A DNA stretch of 64,000 nucleotides, taken from contig NC_042997.1 in NCBI RefSeq assembly GCF_006345805.1, positions 148,862,001-148,926,000 of the forward strand. The letters are read 5' to 3'. Each line of letters opens with the position of its first letter. The stretch's first letter is position 1. Below, in pieces: positions 41,146 through 56,167 of this stretch. Under the pieces are notes generated by a model. That model ran no database searches, was not told the origin of the DNA, and saw only the letters and a program-made list of their open reading frames with translations. Both the position numbers and the translations under genes were made by a program. The stretch comes from Octopus sinensis (lineage: Eukaryota).

Positions 41146-41214
41146 TGTGTATTTTCTATTAATATTTTCATATGTCGGTTTGTTTTATGGAGTGTGATGT
41201 ATTGCCTTGCATTA

Positions 41215-41450
41215 TAACTTACTCTTTTACTTATTTCAGTCATTTGGCTGCCACCATGCTGGTGCACCGGCTTTAGTCAAGCACAGCGACCCCAGAACTT
41301 ATCCTTTGTAAGCCTAGTAATTATTCTATCGGTCTCTTTTGCCGAACTGCTAATGTTACGGGGACGTAAACACACCAGCATCGATTGTCAAGCGATGTTG
41401 GGTGGGGGAGACAAACACAGACACCCAAACAGACAGACAGACAGACACAA

Positions 41451-41520
<70 letters not shown>

Positions 41521-41712
41521 TATATATATGTATAGATATATATATGCATAGTCGGGCTTCGTTCAGTTTCCGTCTACCGAATCCACTCACAAGGCTTTTT
41601 TTGGCCCCTGGCTACAGTAGAAGATACTTGCCCAAGGTGCCACGCAGTAAGACTGGATCCGGAACCATGTAGTTCGTAAGGAGGCAACTTACCACACAGC
41701 CACTCCGACGTC
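41215..41712 (-). mobile_element. Family B SINE, full length
   Basis: Reverse complement aligns with 46909-47310 from head to the (GTAAAAGA) tail. Confidence 0.9.
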
Positions 41713-42879
41713 TACATATGTATCCATACATGATGAAACTGACAGTAAATGTGTTTGTGTAGATAACAAATTATGGAGTGTATAACATTTGATGATACAA
41801 TCATAATAAATTATTCCCTACTAGTTGTAAGGTGTGGTTGAAAAGCATACCATTAAAATTCGTATTGTAAATAATATCAAAATTTTTCCTGAATTCTCTC
41901 AGAATGTTAGTGAATAAAATTAACATTGACTAAGTTGGGTCAAATATGGCCGATGATTTCATGCATAATATCCCTATAGGTTTTATTCCAGTACATGGGG
42001 ATTTTCACTGCAGTTTATTCGAAATTAAAAGTAACATGTTTTGACTGTAAGCTCGTAATACATTTTCACACACACTTAAGAAAATTAGTTGCAGACCCCC
42101 TCGACGCACACACAGATCACATACACACATACATAAACACGTACCCCCACACGTCTATATATGTATATGTGTTAGTAAGTAGCGTGTGTGTATGTTTTGT
42201 TGCACGTGTGTGTATATATGTAATCAGCTTGGGTGCATTATATAAGTATACTGAATTATTAGTGTATTAAACTTTTCAATCAATTAAGTGTTTTCTAGTT
42301 CCACCGTGCCATATATATATATATATATAGAAGAGGTACGAATTTACAGAGATGCCAAGGTCTCACCGAGATATATATATATATATATAATATATATATA
42401 TATATACACAAAAAAAAAGACTTGGAGTCATTGTTCCTATGTATCCTGAAGACAGTGATGTAGAAATAGCCAACTTTCTAAGATATTCCGTGCACAAATT
42501 CCTGATGTTCTGACACTATTAGGTGACTGCACTTACTACATCAGTTTCAAAACTTTGAATATGAACTTAGAACTGCAACAAGGTCCTCCACTAAAGATCG
42601 TCAGTTCTCAGCGTGGACTGTCAAAAGTGTAGTGCACGAGGAAATTCACTAAAAGCTATTATTATTGAGGATAATTTAATTCATATTTGCAAAAAAAAAA
42701 AAAAACACGGAAAAAGTATTTGATCCGTGCCAACCAGTTCCTTAACGAATGTAAACACACACGCAAACTTAGCATGCTTTGTATTATCTATGATGACAGA
42801 AAATTTACCTAAGAAATAAAGACTATGAGGATAAAAGCGAAATGGTTCTTTGCTTATCTTTTTAATAATCCAAGAGTCA

Positions 42880-43330
42880 TTCGTACTGAATTGGCAGCAA
42901 CAATGATGTGGGGAGATGACTAATGACGATCATGACATCTTTCCACAGGATCTTAGAATTTATACTTTTGGATACGTTGTTATGCTGGAGACAATTGCCA
43001 CGCCCTGAAAGATGAAGTATGTAGCAAAAAGGCATGTAATGCCTCAACAAACTAGACACACATCCATAAAGTCCGCGTATCACGAGAAAAGATCTCAGAC
43101 AATATTTATGATCTCGTATCACCAAAGTTGTGGCCTCCAAACTCTCCACATTTAAATCGCATGGACTACTACGTTTGCATTATTGTTAAAAGAATTATTG
43201 ACTCCCTCACAATACAATAGCTTCACTGAAGACCATCATTGTCAGGATGATGTTCGAAATATATAAGGGCCATATAATAACGGCATGACAAAGGATTCTA
43301 GTCCCGTATTGAAGCTCAAGTTGGATGCAT
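42880..43330 (+). mobile_element. maT/DD37D-like transposase relic
   Basis: KLWPPNSPHLNRMDYYVC motif at ~43123-43179; upstream sequence resembles the 30709-31460 element. Confidence 0.7.
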
Positions 43331-44330
43331 AGAATAATTTGATAACAAAGTTCACCGAAAACGATGAAACACGCTATTACCTATTTATAAAATACATTTG
43401 GGTTTTGGTAGACTTCTATTCAATTGCCAAATGTTTTCACATACCAGTCTCATAGTGTGTATGCGTGTGTGTGTGTGTGAAGCATTGAGTGGTGTAAGTA
43501 AGAAAGAGAAAGTGAAAGTTAAATCAACGTGGTAAGTGACATGACAATAACATTGAAACGAGACTATCTGTTTAAAAGTAAAATCAATACTAAATACATT
43601 CATTCAGATATCGTAAATTTTTTATCTGAACAGGTTTAGCTTCTATGCCAACACACTTACGATCTTGGACACAGATATGGTTTCAGTAAGGTTGTCAGGT
43701 TGTATGCTACTCGAATTTGGCCACACTAATTAGAGACAATTCACGTATTTTCCGTACCTGCGAATATAATTAACATATTAGTAATCACTGAACATTGCTT
43801 TACTCTCGGGATGTATGGAATTTTCGATACAGTTCATTCGTCGGTATTAATGTTACATTAAATCAAATAGCAGTGATAGTTTATATTTTCAAATTGCTAT
43901 TGGAATTATCTGGCTTCCGTTGTTGATACTGTTTAAGTTTAAGGAATACTTAAAAAAATTATAAGCCGACTTGTATTCTATTGAGAATTTACTAATTATT
44001 TCTGGTAATTACCTTCTCTTGTCATTGAGAATACCTTCCTATCATGTTTTGGTTTTAGTCTACCTTCTACGTTAAGAGGTATATTGTAGTAAATTGAACG
44101 TCTATCGTGTACGACCTCGAGTCTACACTCTGGCGATTACAGGCATAATTGTTCACACGCATACAGAAGAGTATGTGTGTACATATGCATATGACAGGGA
44201 TGTATTTACGTGTATACACACACATACGTACATACACATACTTACACGCACGCACACACATACACACACACACACACACATGCATATATTTGTATCGGTC
44301 ACTCGACTGTAGCCATGCTATGGCTTATAC

Positions 44331-44366
<36 letters not shown>

Positions 44367-44910
44367 GTATGTATTGTTTACATTGGTGTGGTTGTGTGTT
44401 TGCATTTGTGTCTGTGTTTGAGTAAAATGGTGAGATTCTCAAAGAGCAAACATGAGATGTGCAGCGTGATGCATATACTATATTTATTGACAGACAGAGA
44501 ATAAATGAACGCTACACACACTGTGAGAGAAATTGAATTAGGAGATAAATCCAGAGACGTTGGTTGTAACTGAAAGAATATCCACAATATTTAATATTTA
44601 TTGTCATGAATATTTTCTTTAGGTACCTTTCAAGTATGCAGAATATTCTTTAGCAGAATACATTTTTTTATTAATTAGTAGGGCATCAGCGAAATTGATA
44701 ATCTATGAGAGAGTGTTTGAGATAAATGTATCATACAATTGCTACAATTATATTTTTAACCCGTTGGCTCTAAGTGTAATGTGACGAAGTATAGCGCGCA
44801 TAATATAATTATACTATAAACTAAATCAAATTCCGGATGTGGCAAAAATATGCTTCCCTAAATACCCGTTACATGGCACGTAACGCTTTAGTACACAAAC
44901 ACACACACAC

Positions 44911-44947
<37 letters not shown>

Positions 44948-46175
44948 TGGATCCTACTTCTCAACAACATTGTCCCGGGTTCAGTCCCACTTTGTGAAAC
45001 TTTTGACAGATGTCGTCATGCCGAGCGAAGCATTGTTTGTGGATTTGATATATTGAAAAAAAACATTCGCGTGTGTGTATATAAAAATATATAAAAATGT
45101 GTGTGTATGTATATACATATGTAATTATGTATATGTATGTATGTGTGTGTGTAGTGGATGGGTGGTTGTACCCGTATATGTACATGTAGGTGTGATTTCA
45201 TTCAAGTGATTCCTGGGTTTCTTATCTCATAATATGTCCCCATGAGTCAGTAAATATATATATTTATACAAACTAACAAATCTATAAATAATGACATTTA
45301 CATGTCATCTCCATTTACAGCAAAATGTCATTCTTATATCAGTTAATTATCAGGAAATTCAATGAAACATTATTAATGTTGTAGCAATTTCTAAAGAATG
45401 AACTTATGCAGATTTGTTAGTAATTGATTATCAAATATTAATGACTTTAATAGATACAGTTTATACAATGAAGGTAATGTAAAGAAACGAAAATAACTTA
45501 AGTGCAACACAAAAATATATGGCGCACAAAAATTTAAAGCATAATCTGTATACAAAACTTTTGTAGTTCAGACTTCTATTGTTATTTGTAATGTTATCGA
45601 ATATCGATTCATCCCACACAACGGATAATGTAAAACAGATCAGGGAAATTTTGCGTATAATTTGATTCGGTCGCTGGCCTTATTTCCCTTGCAGAAGAAC
45701 AAATGTTCTAGCCATCGTAATCATTTCCTATAGAAAACAGCGTTGTTATATCGATAAACTGCTTAAATAAATTCTTTTCTCTATTCAGGTTGATTAACTT
45801 GGAGCTGAAAGTATATAATCCGAATTGATAGAGTGTCTTTTTCTTTGTAATTTCCATATATCTTAGGGGGCGACTTCTATTATTCGAATTAAATATGTAA
45901 CTTGAATCTAGTTTTGGTAAGAAACCTAAATGGATTTTTAGAATGCGATTTGGGTGGACTTGTAGTCACTGTCATTCTCTGGGGTCTTTTCCCATGTGAT
46001 GAATATTACTGTGTGTGAAACACATATCTTCCGAACAATCTCCTAGACGTGGTCATCTTGTTTTCCTTACTTCTTATATTAGCAGTAGTTTTCTTTGCAT
46101 ACTTAATCTTCAAATTCTCTGATTACAGTAGCATAGAAATTCAAGGAAAAGTGTCCACAAGATGATGTGGTCGCG

Positions 46176-46385
46176 AAGGCGACGAGCTGGCAGAATCGTG
46201 AGCACGACGGGTAAAGTCCTTAGCGGCGTTTCGTCCGTCTTTATGTTCTGAGGTCCAATTTTGCAAAGTCGACTTTGCCTTTCATCTTTCGGGGTTGATA
46301 AAATAAGAACCTATTGAACTCTGGGGTCGATATAATCGAATTTCCCTCCCCTAAAATTGCTACCTTCAACATAAATTTGAAACTA
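46176..46385 (+). mobile_element. Family A SINE
   Basis: AAGGCGACGAGCTGGCAGAATCG...GTCGACTTTGCCTTTCATCTTTCGGGG. Confidence 0.85.
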
Positions 46386-46486
46386 TAATCACGTAGACCA
46401 GCATAGTGAGTAGCAGCTGATTTTCTAACCAGCTGTTGAAAGTATTTCTGAACGAACAGCATATTTCTGGATCAAGTAAGTATGTA

Positions 46487-46785
<299 letters not shown>

Positions 46786-46908
46786 AAATAAACTGGATTA
46801 ATTATCAGATCTTTCCAACCGAATGTAGTGTCTATATAAAATTGTCATTCGAGTCATATTTCGAGATTTTTTATTTGTAATAAGACATTTCTTGAAGAAT
46901 ATCTTAAT

Positions 46909-47310
46909 AGGCGTAGGAGTGGCTGTGTGGTAAGTAGTTTGCTTACGAACCACATCGTTCCCGCTTCAGACCCACTGCGTGGCAGCTTGGGTAAGTGTTT
47001 TCTACAATAGTTTCTGGCCGACCAAAGCCTTGTGAGTGGATTTGGTAGACGGAAACTGAAAGAGGGCCGTCGTATATATGTATATATATGTGTGTGTGTG
47101 TTTTTGTGTCTTTGTTTGTCCCCCCCCCCAACGTCGCTTGACAACCCATGCTGGTGTGTTTAAATCCCCGTAACTTAGCGGTTCGGCAAAAAGACCGATC
47201 GAATAAGTACTAGGCTTACAAAGAGTAAGTACCGGGACCAATGTGCTCTACTAATGGCGGTGCTCCAGCATAGCGACAGTCAAATGACTGGAACAAGTAA
47301 AAGAGTAAAA
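46909..47310 (+). mobile_element. Family B SINE, full length
   Basis: GGCGTAGGAGTGGCTGTGTGGTAAG head; tail CAAATGACTGGAACAAGTAAAAGAGTAAAA. Confidence 0.9.
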
Positions 47311-48868
47311 CAGTAAATGACCTATTCACTGCACCATTTACTAATTCGTATACATTCTAAAACCACGCAGTATATCCTAAATTTCCAACTAAGCATATCA
47401 GCGGAACAATTTTTATATCCTTTAAAGTTCCTGGCAACACATGTAGGAAATAAAGGTATTTTTGAACGAAGCATAAACTGATAAAATTCTTACATGATAA
47501 ATAATTCAGGTGTATACATCCTGAATATTTTAAAGAATCCTGGTTTACGTGCTTAAGAACAATTTATACGTAATATTTAAATCCAATATTTTATCTCGCG
47601 CATGCGAAAATAAAGTAGCAGGGAATTTGGGCTCTTTTAGCTTATCATGAAATATTCCTCATCAGAAATCTATGAAAATATGGAAGTAAATAAAAGTAAG
47701 ACAATGAGGGCATTTTGTTGAAGGCAAATTACAATAATCGACCACAATCAATATATTTGACAAACTAGACTATTTAACTGGTTTACGCAATGTGAAGGGT
47801 CAACACTTTGAACGAATTCAGTGCAGAGTTTTTTCTCATTGCTCAAATGCTGCAAGTGCTCAAACGTTAGATATGCATAACAGTCTGTGTTGGTAGTAGT
47901 TTTAAATAATTAATTTCCGTCAATATTTTCCAAAAGCTTCAAGCTAAATGTTCAATAAATTACAGGAATTGAGAACTTAATACAGATAAAAATAAATAAA
48001 CAACGTTTGAAAATAAGATATAATCTTACGTCGTATCAGTGCTGCTCCATGGAAAATTATTTTATGCGTCACTTGAAGTCGTCGGTGTGAGAAAATTATT
48101 CTGATATCATTTTGCCGAAATAAATATTTCTGTGTCGGATCGTTCTACTCATGTGTGTATTTTGTCCTTTGGTGTATCTCATTAGGAATATGTTTGTATG
48201 AGTAGTTCTTTTCCTATTCTCTGTATGTATATAGTAACGTGTTGTTTGTGTTGCTTTTTTGTGACATATTTTTGCTACATATTTCTGTATCTAGTAATTG
48301 AAATCGAATGTTATCAGATGCTGGTGAGGCGTTCTATTCCACTTCGGAGTCGGAGAAAACATGCTGGGGGATTTTTAAGAATCTTGGGGATGTACACATA
48401 AAAAAAAGGAATAACCAGGATACTTCTGTCATGTCTCTTCTCTAGCTTAGAGTTCGCCCAATGTTTTCAGTTCCAGTCAAAAATTTAACAGAATAACAAT
48501 GCATAATTAACTTAATGAAACTAAAACGTACATTATTATTATTAAGAGACAAACGTTCATATTTCAAGCATTCTTTATTTTAAAAAAATCTAAATGCGTA
48601 AGCGGATTTCAACACATCAAAATCGAATGTAACACATGATAACACCATGATAATAGGGAATGAAAAAGAATAACAAGTCAATACATTATGAAAAATCATA
48701 CTCCTAAAGTTGATTTTATTTCAAAAAAATTTATAACAATATCACAAAGTTAACGATGAATGGATTATATTCACATTCTAATAAAAGACAGTATCATTTT
48801 GTTTATATACCTATTTGTAACGATAGTAAATTTATGGAAACAAGTTTACGTTAGAGTGCGAATATTCT

Positions 48869-49297
48869 TTTTCTACTCCAGGCGCAAGGCCCGAAATTTT
48901 TACGGAGGGGGCTAGTCGATTAGATCGACCCCAGTACGCAACTCGTATTTAATTTATCGACCCCGAAAGGATGAAAGAGAAAGTGGACCTCGGCGGAATT
49001 TGAACTCAGAAAGTAAAGACAGACAAAATACCGCGAAGCAATTTGCCTGGCGTGCTAACGTTTCTTATTTCTTTACTGCCCACAAGGGGCTACATACAGA
49101 GGGGACAAACAAGGTTAGACAAACGGATTAAGTCGATTATATCGATTCCAGTGCGTAACAGGTACTTATTTAGTCGAAGCCGAAAGGATGAAAGGCAAAG
49201 TCGATCTCGGAGGAATTTGAACTCAGAAAGTATAATACAGGTGAAATGCCGCGAAGCAATTCGTCCGGCGTGCAAACGTTTCTGCCAGCTTGCCGCT
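48869..49297 (-). mobile_element. Dimeric family A SINE with 18-bp TSD
   Basis: Two tandem cores flanked by TTAGAGTGCGAATATTCT at 48851-48868 and 49298-49315. Confidence 0.9.
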
Positions 49298-49349
49298 TTA
49301 GAGTGCGAATATTCTGATAATGAACACACGTCATTATTTATATCTGGTA

Positions 49350-49540
49350 CGGCTCGGAGCTTGGTGAGTTCTTAGCATGCGGGCGAAATATTTAGCGGCA
49401 TTTCGTCCCTCTTTACAGCCTTTGCTTTTTATGTTTCATATTCGATAAAATAAGTACGAGGTGAGCACTAGGGTCGATGTAATCGTCTTATCACTTACCG
49501 CGAAAATGATGGCCTTGTGTTAAAGTGTTAAACCAATACG
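49350..49540 (+). mobile_element. Family A SINE, degenerate, internally deleted
   Basis: GGGCGAAATATTTAGCGGCATTTCGTC...TCGATAAAATAAGTAC...GGGTCGATGTAATCG. Confidence 0.7.
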
Positions 49541-51405
49541 AACGTGCATGGTTGATTGTAGAGCTATATATATGGGATATACTTTCTGGCTACGACTACG
49601 GTGTGAACCGATCCTCTGAGTTGAGTTAGGAGGTATGTATTTTTTTGCTGTCATCTACTTTCTTCAAATCTTATATCAAATCTAAATCGACATCTAACCT
49701 TTATCTCGTTTAAATCTTCTTAGTTACACATAAGGAGCGCAACACCAAAGCATATCTGAAATCTCTCAGGTTACAAAATCACCCAGCATTTACTACGATG
49801 TGACAAATTGTTGGCTTGTACACGGATCCAAATAGATATTTCTATTTTCCACGAACATGGCATACGCATGGTTGACAATCTAACAGTGCTGTTATAAGGA
49901 GCACAATTTATATATCATGAAATACTAATACAAATATGGGATATACTGCATGAATGCTATATTTCAAAAATTCAAAAGATGCGGCCCTATCTTTCATGAA
50001 GAATTTATAGAAATAAATTGAGAATAGAGTGGACGCTTATTCAGGAGAGTGGGATATCCTGTGAATACAAGTGAAAATGGTTTTTTATATGCATAGTATA
50101 TATTATGTAAATACTAGTTATTTTATCTCCCATTTTCTTAATTACACCCAAATATTTATACTTTAAAAATTGTGAAAAATTTCTGTTTTAAGTATTTTGA
50201 ACTCTTCCCCGTATAAGATTTATAAAATCATCTACCATTACCTATGTTTATAAAATAGCCGTTTTATACCAGAAATCTTTATATGTCGCTTTTAGAAGGT
50301 CTTACTGCATTTCCACTATCTCCTGCAGACCCTGTAAATAACAGGGCAAAGATAACGAGAAATTCTGTTGTTGATGTTCCTCTTCTTCATCATCTTTATT
50401 CATTCTTTGAATCTATTTTCTTATTGTTTGTATCTGAACGCTGCATGCAATTCATTACAAGCTTTGAAAATTTGGATTTGATAATAGTTTATGAAGAATT
50501 TTACCATCCAGTTTTCGTTTGCCATTCCAAGCAAAAGATATCCTAGGCCAGTAGTATTTGTTTCCTAAGAAAATGTACGCTGCACGTGGGAGCTGTTATT
50601 TTAAATAACTCTGACTTTTTGCTTTCAGAAATTTACAAATCAACGCATCTTAAACGAAGCACATCATGCATATCCGACCGCCCACATGAATGTGTGGTTA
50701 GGATAAAAAAGGATATATGCAGCAAAATAGATTTCGTTTTAACTATAATTACACAAATATAAAATATTGGTATTGTTAAACAAAAAATCTAATAAATAAA
50801 GCATAAGTTTAATGTGTGGAGTGAAAACATTCACCCTCCAACACGAGCCCATTTATTATCAAACATAAAAACAAATACGTCATTTTGTATTGTTGTTACG
50901 CATACAAATAAATAAGTAAGTATGTAAGTAAATAAATATGAACGAACTTGAGGAACGAAGAATTTTGGCAATGTAATAATAGAAAATGGTTTTCTCCTAC
51001 GACATATCAACAAACAGTATTTAATACTAACTAAGAGACGACAACAAAACACAATGGTCTGGTTGAAGGGTGTGGGTATGATATTAATCCTGGGTTATTC
51101 ATCCCTATTTTGAAACAATATAGATAAGAAGCAAGTACTGATGTCATACGGTAAGTTAGGTAATCGAGTGAGGTCTCAACGGACATAAAGTCGATTGTGA
51201 TACAGAAAATAATATCAGAACTGTTCAAGACGAGTGTGACGATAGGAAGGCGTGGAGAATTTTTCCAGAGCAAATTCCTGTTTTTAGCACAAATCTCATG
51301 GAAAATTTCCCTGAGACAAAATATTCCACATAGTGCCGCTCTATGTTTGTATACAGATTATAGATGTAATACATGCCGGTACACACACACACACCACACA
51401 CACAC

Positions 51406-51447
<42 letters not shown>

Positions 51448-52235
51448 ATATATACATATTTACACATACACTCGCATGTATATTTATGAATGAAGGTATG
51501 TATACATATCTAGCCATTGTATTATATTTTGATGTTGTTTTGTTGTTTACAGATGTCTTCGTATTTTCTACGCCTAACAGGAGAGGATTGACAACAAATT
51601 ACATAAAACTGAAAACATAAAGACATTATTCAGAGTAAAAATAAACTAATGTGTACAATAATAATGTAAGAAGTTCGGAGCAAGTAATTTAATAATTAAA
51701 TACGAAAGAATAAAGCAAAAACGTCAATGATTAATCATCGAATTTGATGCAACAAAGACTAATTAAAATTAATTTTCAATCAGAGGCAATCTAAAAATGA
51801 TCAAAAGTAGATAGAAGAGAAATAAAAGGCAAAACGACTAATTGAAATATTAATTGGTTTAGGAATCCGTGACAATTTAAAATATTCTTTAGTCTAAGGT
51901 GACAAGAAAAAATAGACACAGAAATTGGGCATCAGATTAGTCGCCACCTGTTAGTAAATCCCTGTAAAATGTTGCACTTCCAGTCCAGCAAATTTAATTG
52001 TTAATCAAATATAACTATCACTGAAATAAAATTCCAAACTAATATAAATAACTAATTTCTCATTCGAAAGTCATCAAAACCTTCGGTGTGCTGCTTCACG
52101 AAGTCATCTTTTGCTCTTTTATTCCTCTCAAAATTTCAAATCTGAAATCATCGCTATATTCTATTTGAATATTTTCTTATATATATATGATACATTTCTA
52201 AATCTCTCAGAGAGATTTATACAGTAGTAACTCTA

Positions 52236-52445
52236 TAAAGTGGCCGTATGTTGTCAACTTAATGTGATAGTCCCATGGAAGGGAATAATACTAATGTTAT
52301 TTAGCCCTTGGAAGCACTGCTTCCTGTCGGCCATGACACATTTCCTGCGTACTTATGTTTACAAAGGGAGAGATAAGGGCTAATAGCAGTAGTATTATTC
52401 CCTTTCATGGGACTGTTACATTAAGTTGACAACATACCACCACCT

Positions 52446-52447
<2 letters not shown>
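52236..52447. mobile_element. MITE with ~70-bp TIRs at a TA site
   Basis: GTATGTTGTCAACTTAATGTGATAGTCCCATGGAAGGGAATAATACT versus the reverse complement GTATGTTGTCAACTTAATGTAACAGTCCCATGAAAGGGAATAATACT; TA flanks. Confidence 0.85.
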
Positions 52448-52529
<82 letters not shown>

Positions 52530-54282
52530 TGTGTCTGTTTGTACGTGAATGTGCGTGCGAATGTGTATATATATGTGTGTTCCTGCGCGCGCGCGTTTCT
52601 GTGCTTGTGTGTACGCGTGTGCGAACTTATGTACGCAACTAAATAAGCATATACTTCTTACGTGTGGCGTTCTTTCTCTCACTCTCCCACTGTCTGTCTC
52701 CCTCTCACTGTATTTCTCTTTCACTCTCTCTCTCTCGCACTCTCTCTCTCTCTCTACGGAAATTATTCGCAGACAATAAATTTGCTCTTAGAACTTATTG
52801 TCAGCTTTTTACTTTCATTATCATAACAATAAAGTGGATATAAAATACGACTGATTTAGTTTCATTTCCCTTCCGTTGTAACTAAATTGTTTTCATACAT
52901 TGTTATGTGCTACATTCAGCATACCACATTGATAGTGTTTTTGTCTTTACAAAGACATTAAGATAAAGATTAATATCTATGTTTGCATATAAGATTTCAT
53001 GGAGCAACTAACATATTTCATTTCTATTTACACTCTTTTAATCTGTTCATTTTAAGTGCATATGAATCGCGTTCTGTATTTCTGTGTTTGTGTTTGTGTT
53101 AGTGTGAAATCCATTTAGAAAATGATTTATTACATAGCAACTAATACTCTGATTTATATGGGTGGAAATATGACAGTTTTTGAAGTTCAAAATTTTCTTA
53201 CTATCTTCTATGCAAGGAATATGAAAATGACTCAATGAGTAATTTAAACACGTTGAGTTACATAGAAGACCTCAATTACACTTTTTATTATTAAATTAAG
53301 ACAAACCACTCCTCTTATATATTTTGCAGTAGTATTTGGCGTAAATTCCTATTGCGCACAGGCGCAATGTCTTTTATAATATAATTTTGAAAAATGGTCC
53401 AAAAAGATTGAAAAACATTTCTTTCTTTTTTTGCGTGTGTGAAGAGAACAATCGCTTAGTTTCATTTCAGTATATTTGGTTTTTGTCAATAAGAAAGAAA
53501 AGAAAGCCGAAACTCTAAAGAGATAAACTAGAATTATTGCGAGTTAACTATGTTGTTGAATACGTTTGGTACGTAAACTATTCAATTACTTCCCCACCAT
53601 TTATGATTAAATAAATATTACCAATACGAACAATAATAAAACAAAGCAATAAGGCATATGCACTTAAATGATTAAGTTAAATTTCTCAATAATACTCAAT
53701 AATAATGTTTACGCTATCTCATACTCAATACAAAATGTAGATAAGGCTTGAATGTAAAAATCTGACATAAGTTATGTTCGAAAGATCATATTAAATTTAG
53801 TACGTTAATACTATATGATGACAGTTTTTTTCTAACAAATCGATTCATTGTATATAAAAAAATCGACTATTTGTTTTATATGAACTGCATGAAAATGCAT
53901 GGATTAGTTTTCGATGTTTCCCTTATATGATTTCTGTGTAAATATTTTTCATTAACGTAATATTCCTGCATTTATATTGCTCTCTGATTTCCTACCCTTA
54001 TACATGTTTTGAAACGTAGTTTGTAATTATATAAAGTAAGAAGTTGGATGGTTCCGACTGAAGTGGATGTGTCCATAGACATTGGGGAGTATGTGAGACC
54101 TGTGATATCCAAGTGGTAATTGATTTTCTAGATGTAGCGCGAGATTTCTGCATTTGGTAGAAATAATATTAACTAAAAAGATAGAAAATAGCATATATAC
54201 TTCTACACTGAGTGACTGAAATACCTGGTTTGCATTGATAATTTTCTGTTTACGCAGAATTAGATAAAGCATCAGAAAAATA

Positions 54283-54346
54283 ATGAGAGACACATTCGAA
54301 ATGGCTTCTTACTATAATTATGTTAACAAAGGCCAAATAGTAAGAG
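54283..54346 (+). CDS. Candidate first coding exon of an unidentified host gene (MRDTFEMASYYNYVNKGQIVR)
   Basis: Acceptor TTTTCTGTTTACGCAG|54258, ATG at 54283, consensus donor AG|GTAAGT at 54346/54347, non-repetitive sequence. No homology recognised. Confidence 0.3.
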
Positions 54347-55848
54347 GTAAGTTTCTGGAGACGAGCAGAAGATTATAGCTTGCTGAGACTCTATATCAAA
54401 CCAGATGGGAAATAATTAAAATATTTTGTCACCATGCTCCCTCTGCTACCTAATTAATATTTCCTTGTCTTGCATATGCAAATCTGTGTGTGTGTGCATA
54501 AACAAAGAGAGACAGAGAGATGGAGCGAGGGTGGGGAGAGAGAGAGTTATGCATATATATTGTATGTTTATTTTATGCCACCATTCATATTTTCTGTACT
54601 TTTCCCTTGTCATTTTTTAACTTCTTCATTTTACATCATTAGTCACATTATATATATAATACTGCCACTCAGCTTCTTAATGTTTGTTCTCAGTAACACT
54701 ATACACTTCAATATTGTTTTCCACCGCTATTCTTTGTCGTGATATATCAAGTCTAATTTGCTACACTTAAACTTGAAAATCTTAGGAAATACTTTATATG
54801 TTTCATTGTTCGCGAGACTCTTACGATGGAAGTCTTTTGCAGTTATATTTTCAATCTCCTTCAGAGTACCAGTTTTAATATTTTTTAATAATTTTATGAC
54901 ATAGGTTCAACTCGATGTGTGCCCCTTCTCCGTCATTTTCCTTTAAACTACCATTCTTTATTTGTTCAATTCTCCGTCTTGTTTTGTAATGTTTTCGTCG
55001 TTCATCAAGTACATATAAAAAAGAAAAAACCTTTTAATTCTCAGAGTGATCATAACATATGTCCGGGGAATATACATTTCTCCCCATCACATTAATTTGA
55101 TTACGGATTTTTGTTGTTGCTGTCTGTAAAATAAGCCTTTTTCCTCTTCCCTGGTGACACAAAGATCACTTTCCGTTTAAGACTGAATCCATGTTAGTAC
55201 TTCTATGACTTCGAAATCCCTCGGTTTCAGCATTCATTTATTTACGCAAGATCTGATTGATCTATGCTTACGATTATAATTGGCAAGGTATTTTAAACAC
55301 ACACATTTTAGCTGTTTGATACTCCTGGATAGAAAACTAGCAGAGCAAAATTATAATAAAATATAATACTAGTAGCGCCAAATAACCGTCCAGGTTTAAG
55401 TCGTTTACATTGTTCATCTAGAACTTAACGCATAGAGGTTAAATATCGATTATTTTTCGAATTAACATAATCTGAATTTTACAGAGGATTGTAATTAGTC
55501 TAATGAAACGGTAACAACTTAATACTGAATAACTAATCAATTGGTAATATAATGCATTTATTGACTGATATTATTTGACTTTTTGTACAGAGGAAATGAA
55601 CAGTAAAGAATTATTTTTTTCTTGTTCACTAACATCAAGCATCGCATAAAATAAAGGAAAAGCGTTAAAAGTATGTTATGTCACTATGTTTAATTATAGT
55701 CAACAATGGTACGAGAGTTCAATTACGAGAAGGAAAAGAGAATAACACTGTGTAAACAAATGTCCTTATTTCCAAACAAAATATACATTAGATACATTTT
55801 ATGTTGGGAGTCAGTTAGTGATAGTAGAAACAGCAGTAGCCACAGCAG

Positions 55849-55896
<48 letters not shown>

Positions 55897-56167
55897 TAGA
55901 AGTAGTAGTAGTAGTAGTAAATAGAAGAGAACCTCATTAAATGAGTCATAAAATGTGTAAAATTTAAATTGTTAAATTTCAGTTCAAAACTGTTCAGTCG
56001 CTTAATTCATATTGCCTTTGCAAGTGCATTAATCTTTGGCTTTTTTTGGTCATCTATACAAAATATGCGTAGTAGATTTGTGCATGTAATACGTTTGTGT
56101 GTATATATATAGTATATGTGTATGTACACTCCCCACATGGACAAACACACACATGCATTCATATATA

